Shown here: positions 63,480-64,000 of the stretch, one piece after another
Layout of the letters: the number at the start of each line of letters is the position of its first letter
Position numbering within the stretch: position 1 is the first letter of the stretch
Assembly (NCBI RefSeq): GCF_021869535.1
Contig: NW_026262745.1
Coordinates: forward strand, 77,252,001 to 77,316,000
Reading direction: 5' to 3'
Source: Mytilus californianus
Lineage: Eukaryota
Length of the DNA stretch: 64,000 nucleotides
Notes under the pieces: generated by a model
Told to the model about the DNA's origin: nothing
Seen by the model: the letters and a program-made list of their open reading frames with translations, nothing else
The model's database searches: none
Translations under genes and position numbers: made by a program

Positions 63480-64000
63480 TGAGGTCAAGAACCCCAAGGA
63501 TGTCTGGGGAATAGAAACTTGGTAATTCCAGGTCCTCATCCAAACAACAGTTAAACCCTTGCCAAACTTAAGTGTCCATTTGGTTGTGTAGGATGTTTCA
63601 ATTCACAGCCATGTCTGGTCTGAATGTGGACGTTCAATCGGATGCCTCGATCTTTGCACGTAAAGAACCCTTGCAACAACTTTTAGAAAGGTCCTTAGGT
63701 TTTTCTATCTAATTGACCCTAATTTCCAGTTGCAGTCCAAGAAGACAGACGGAAGTTACAAAAGGGACATTCAAACTCATAAGTCGAAAATAAACTGACA
63801 ACGCCATGGCTAAAAAAAAAAAAAAAGATCAACAGACAAACAATTGTACACAAAACACAACATAGAAAACTAAAGACTGAGCAACACGAACCCCACCAAA
63901 AACTGGAATCTCAGATGCTGCGGAAGGGTAAGCAGATCCTGTTCCACAAATTTCCCGCCCTACATCCCTGTTAACCCGTTTTACCGGACCTACCTATTGT
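63480..64000 (+). mobile_element. Degenerate SINE with an antisense Penelope-like 3' end nested in it (63740-63950)
   Basis: SINE core resumes after the insert; the insert matches the reverse complement of 4030-4200. Confidence 0.6.

Overview
AT-rich, repeat-dense eukaryotic DNA. The repeat families resemble bivalve, probably Mytilus-like, genomes; this is inferred from recalled repeats, not searched. The window is dominated by one spliced minus-strand gene (49501..17748), hand-assembled from 27 coding exons with consistent phases into 3471 nt / 1156 aa. It encodes a signal peptide, an 'SHFRGG..W' integrin-beta-like (Dictyostelium Sib-like) extracellular domain, 19 intact phase 1-1 EGF exons, a GxxxG transmembrane helix and a short tail ending in NPLY (NPxY). 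Fourteen of the intact EGF exons lie in a recent ~1.13-kb two-exon tandem array, and three dead EGF exons are interspersed in the stalk. Exon 1 of a tandem paralog, with a 2-nt frameshift, lies at 471-595, so this is a gene cluster. Introns and intergenic DNA contain an intact sense-strand hammerhead ribozyme in intron 1, an antisense one in intron 6 and decayed copies. They also contain Penelope-like retroelements, SINEs with target-site duplications (TSDs), MITEs, a rearranged Academ(X)-like DNA transposon, a LINE 3' fragment and minisatellites.
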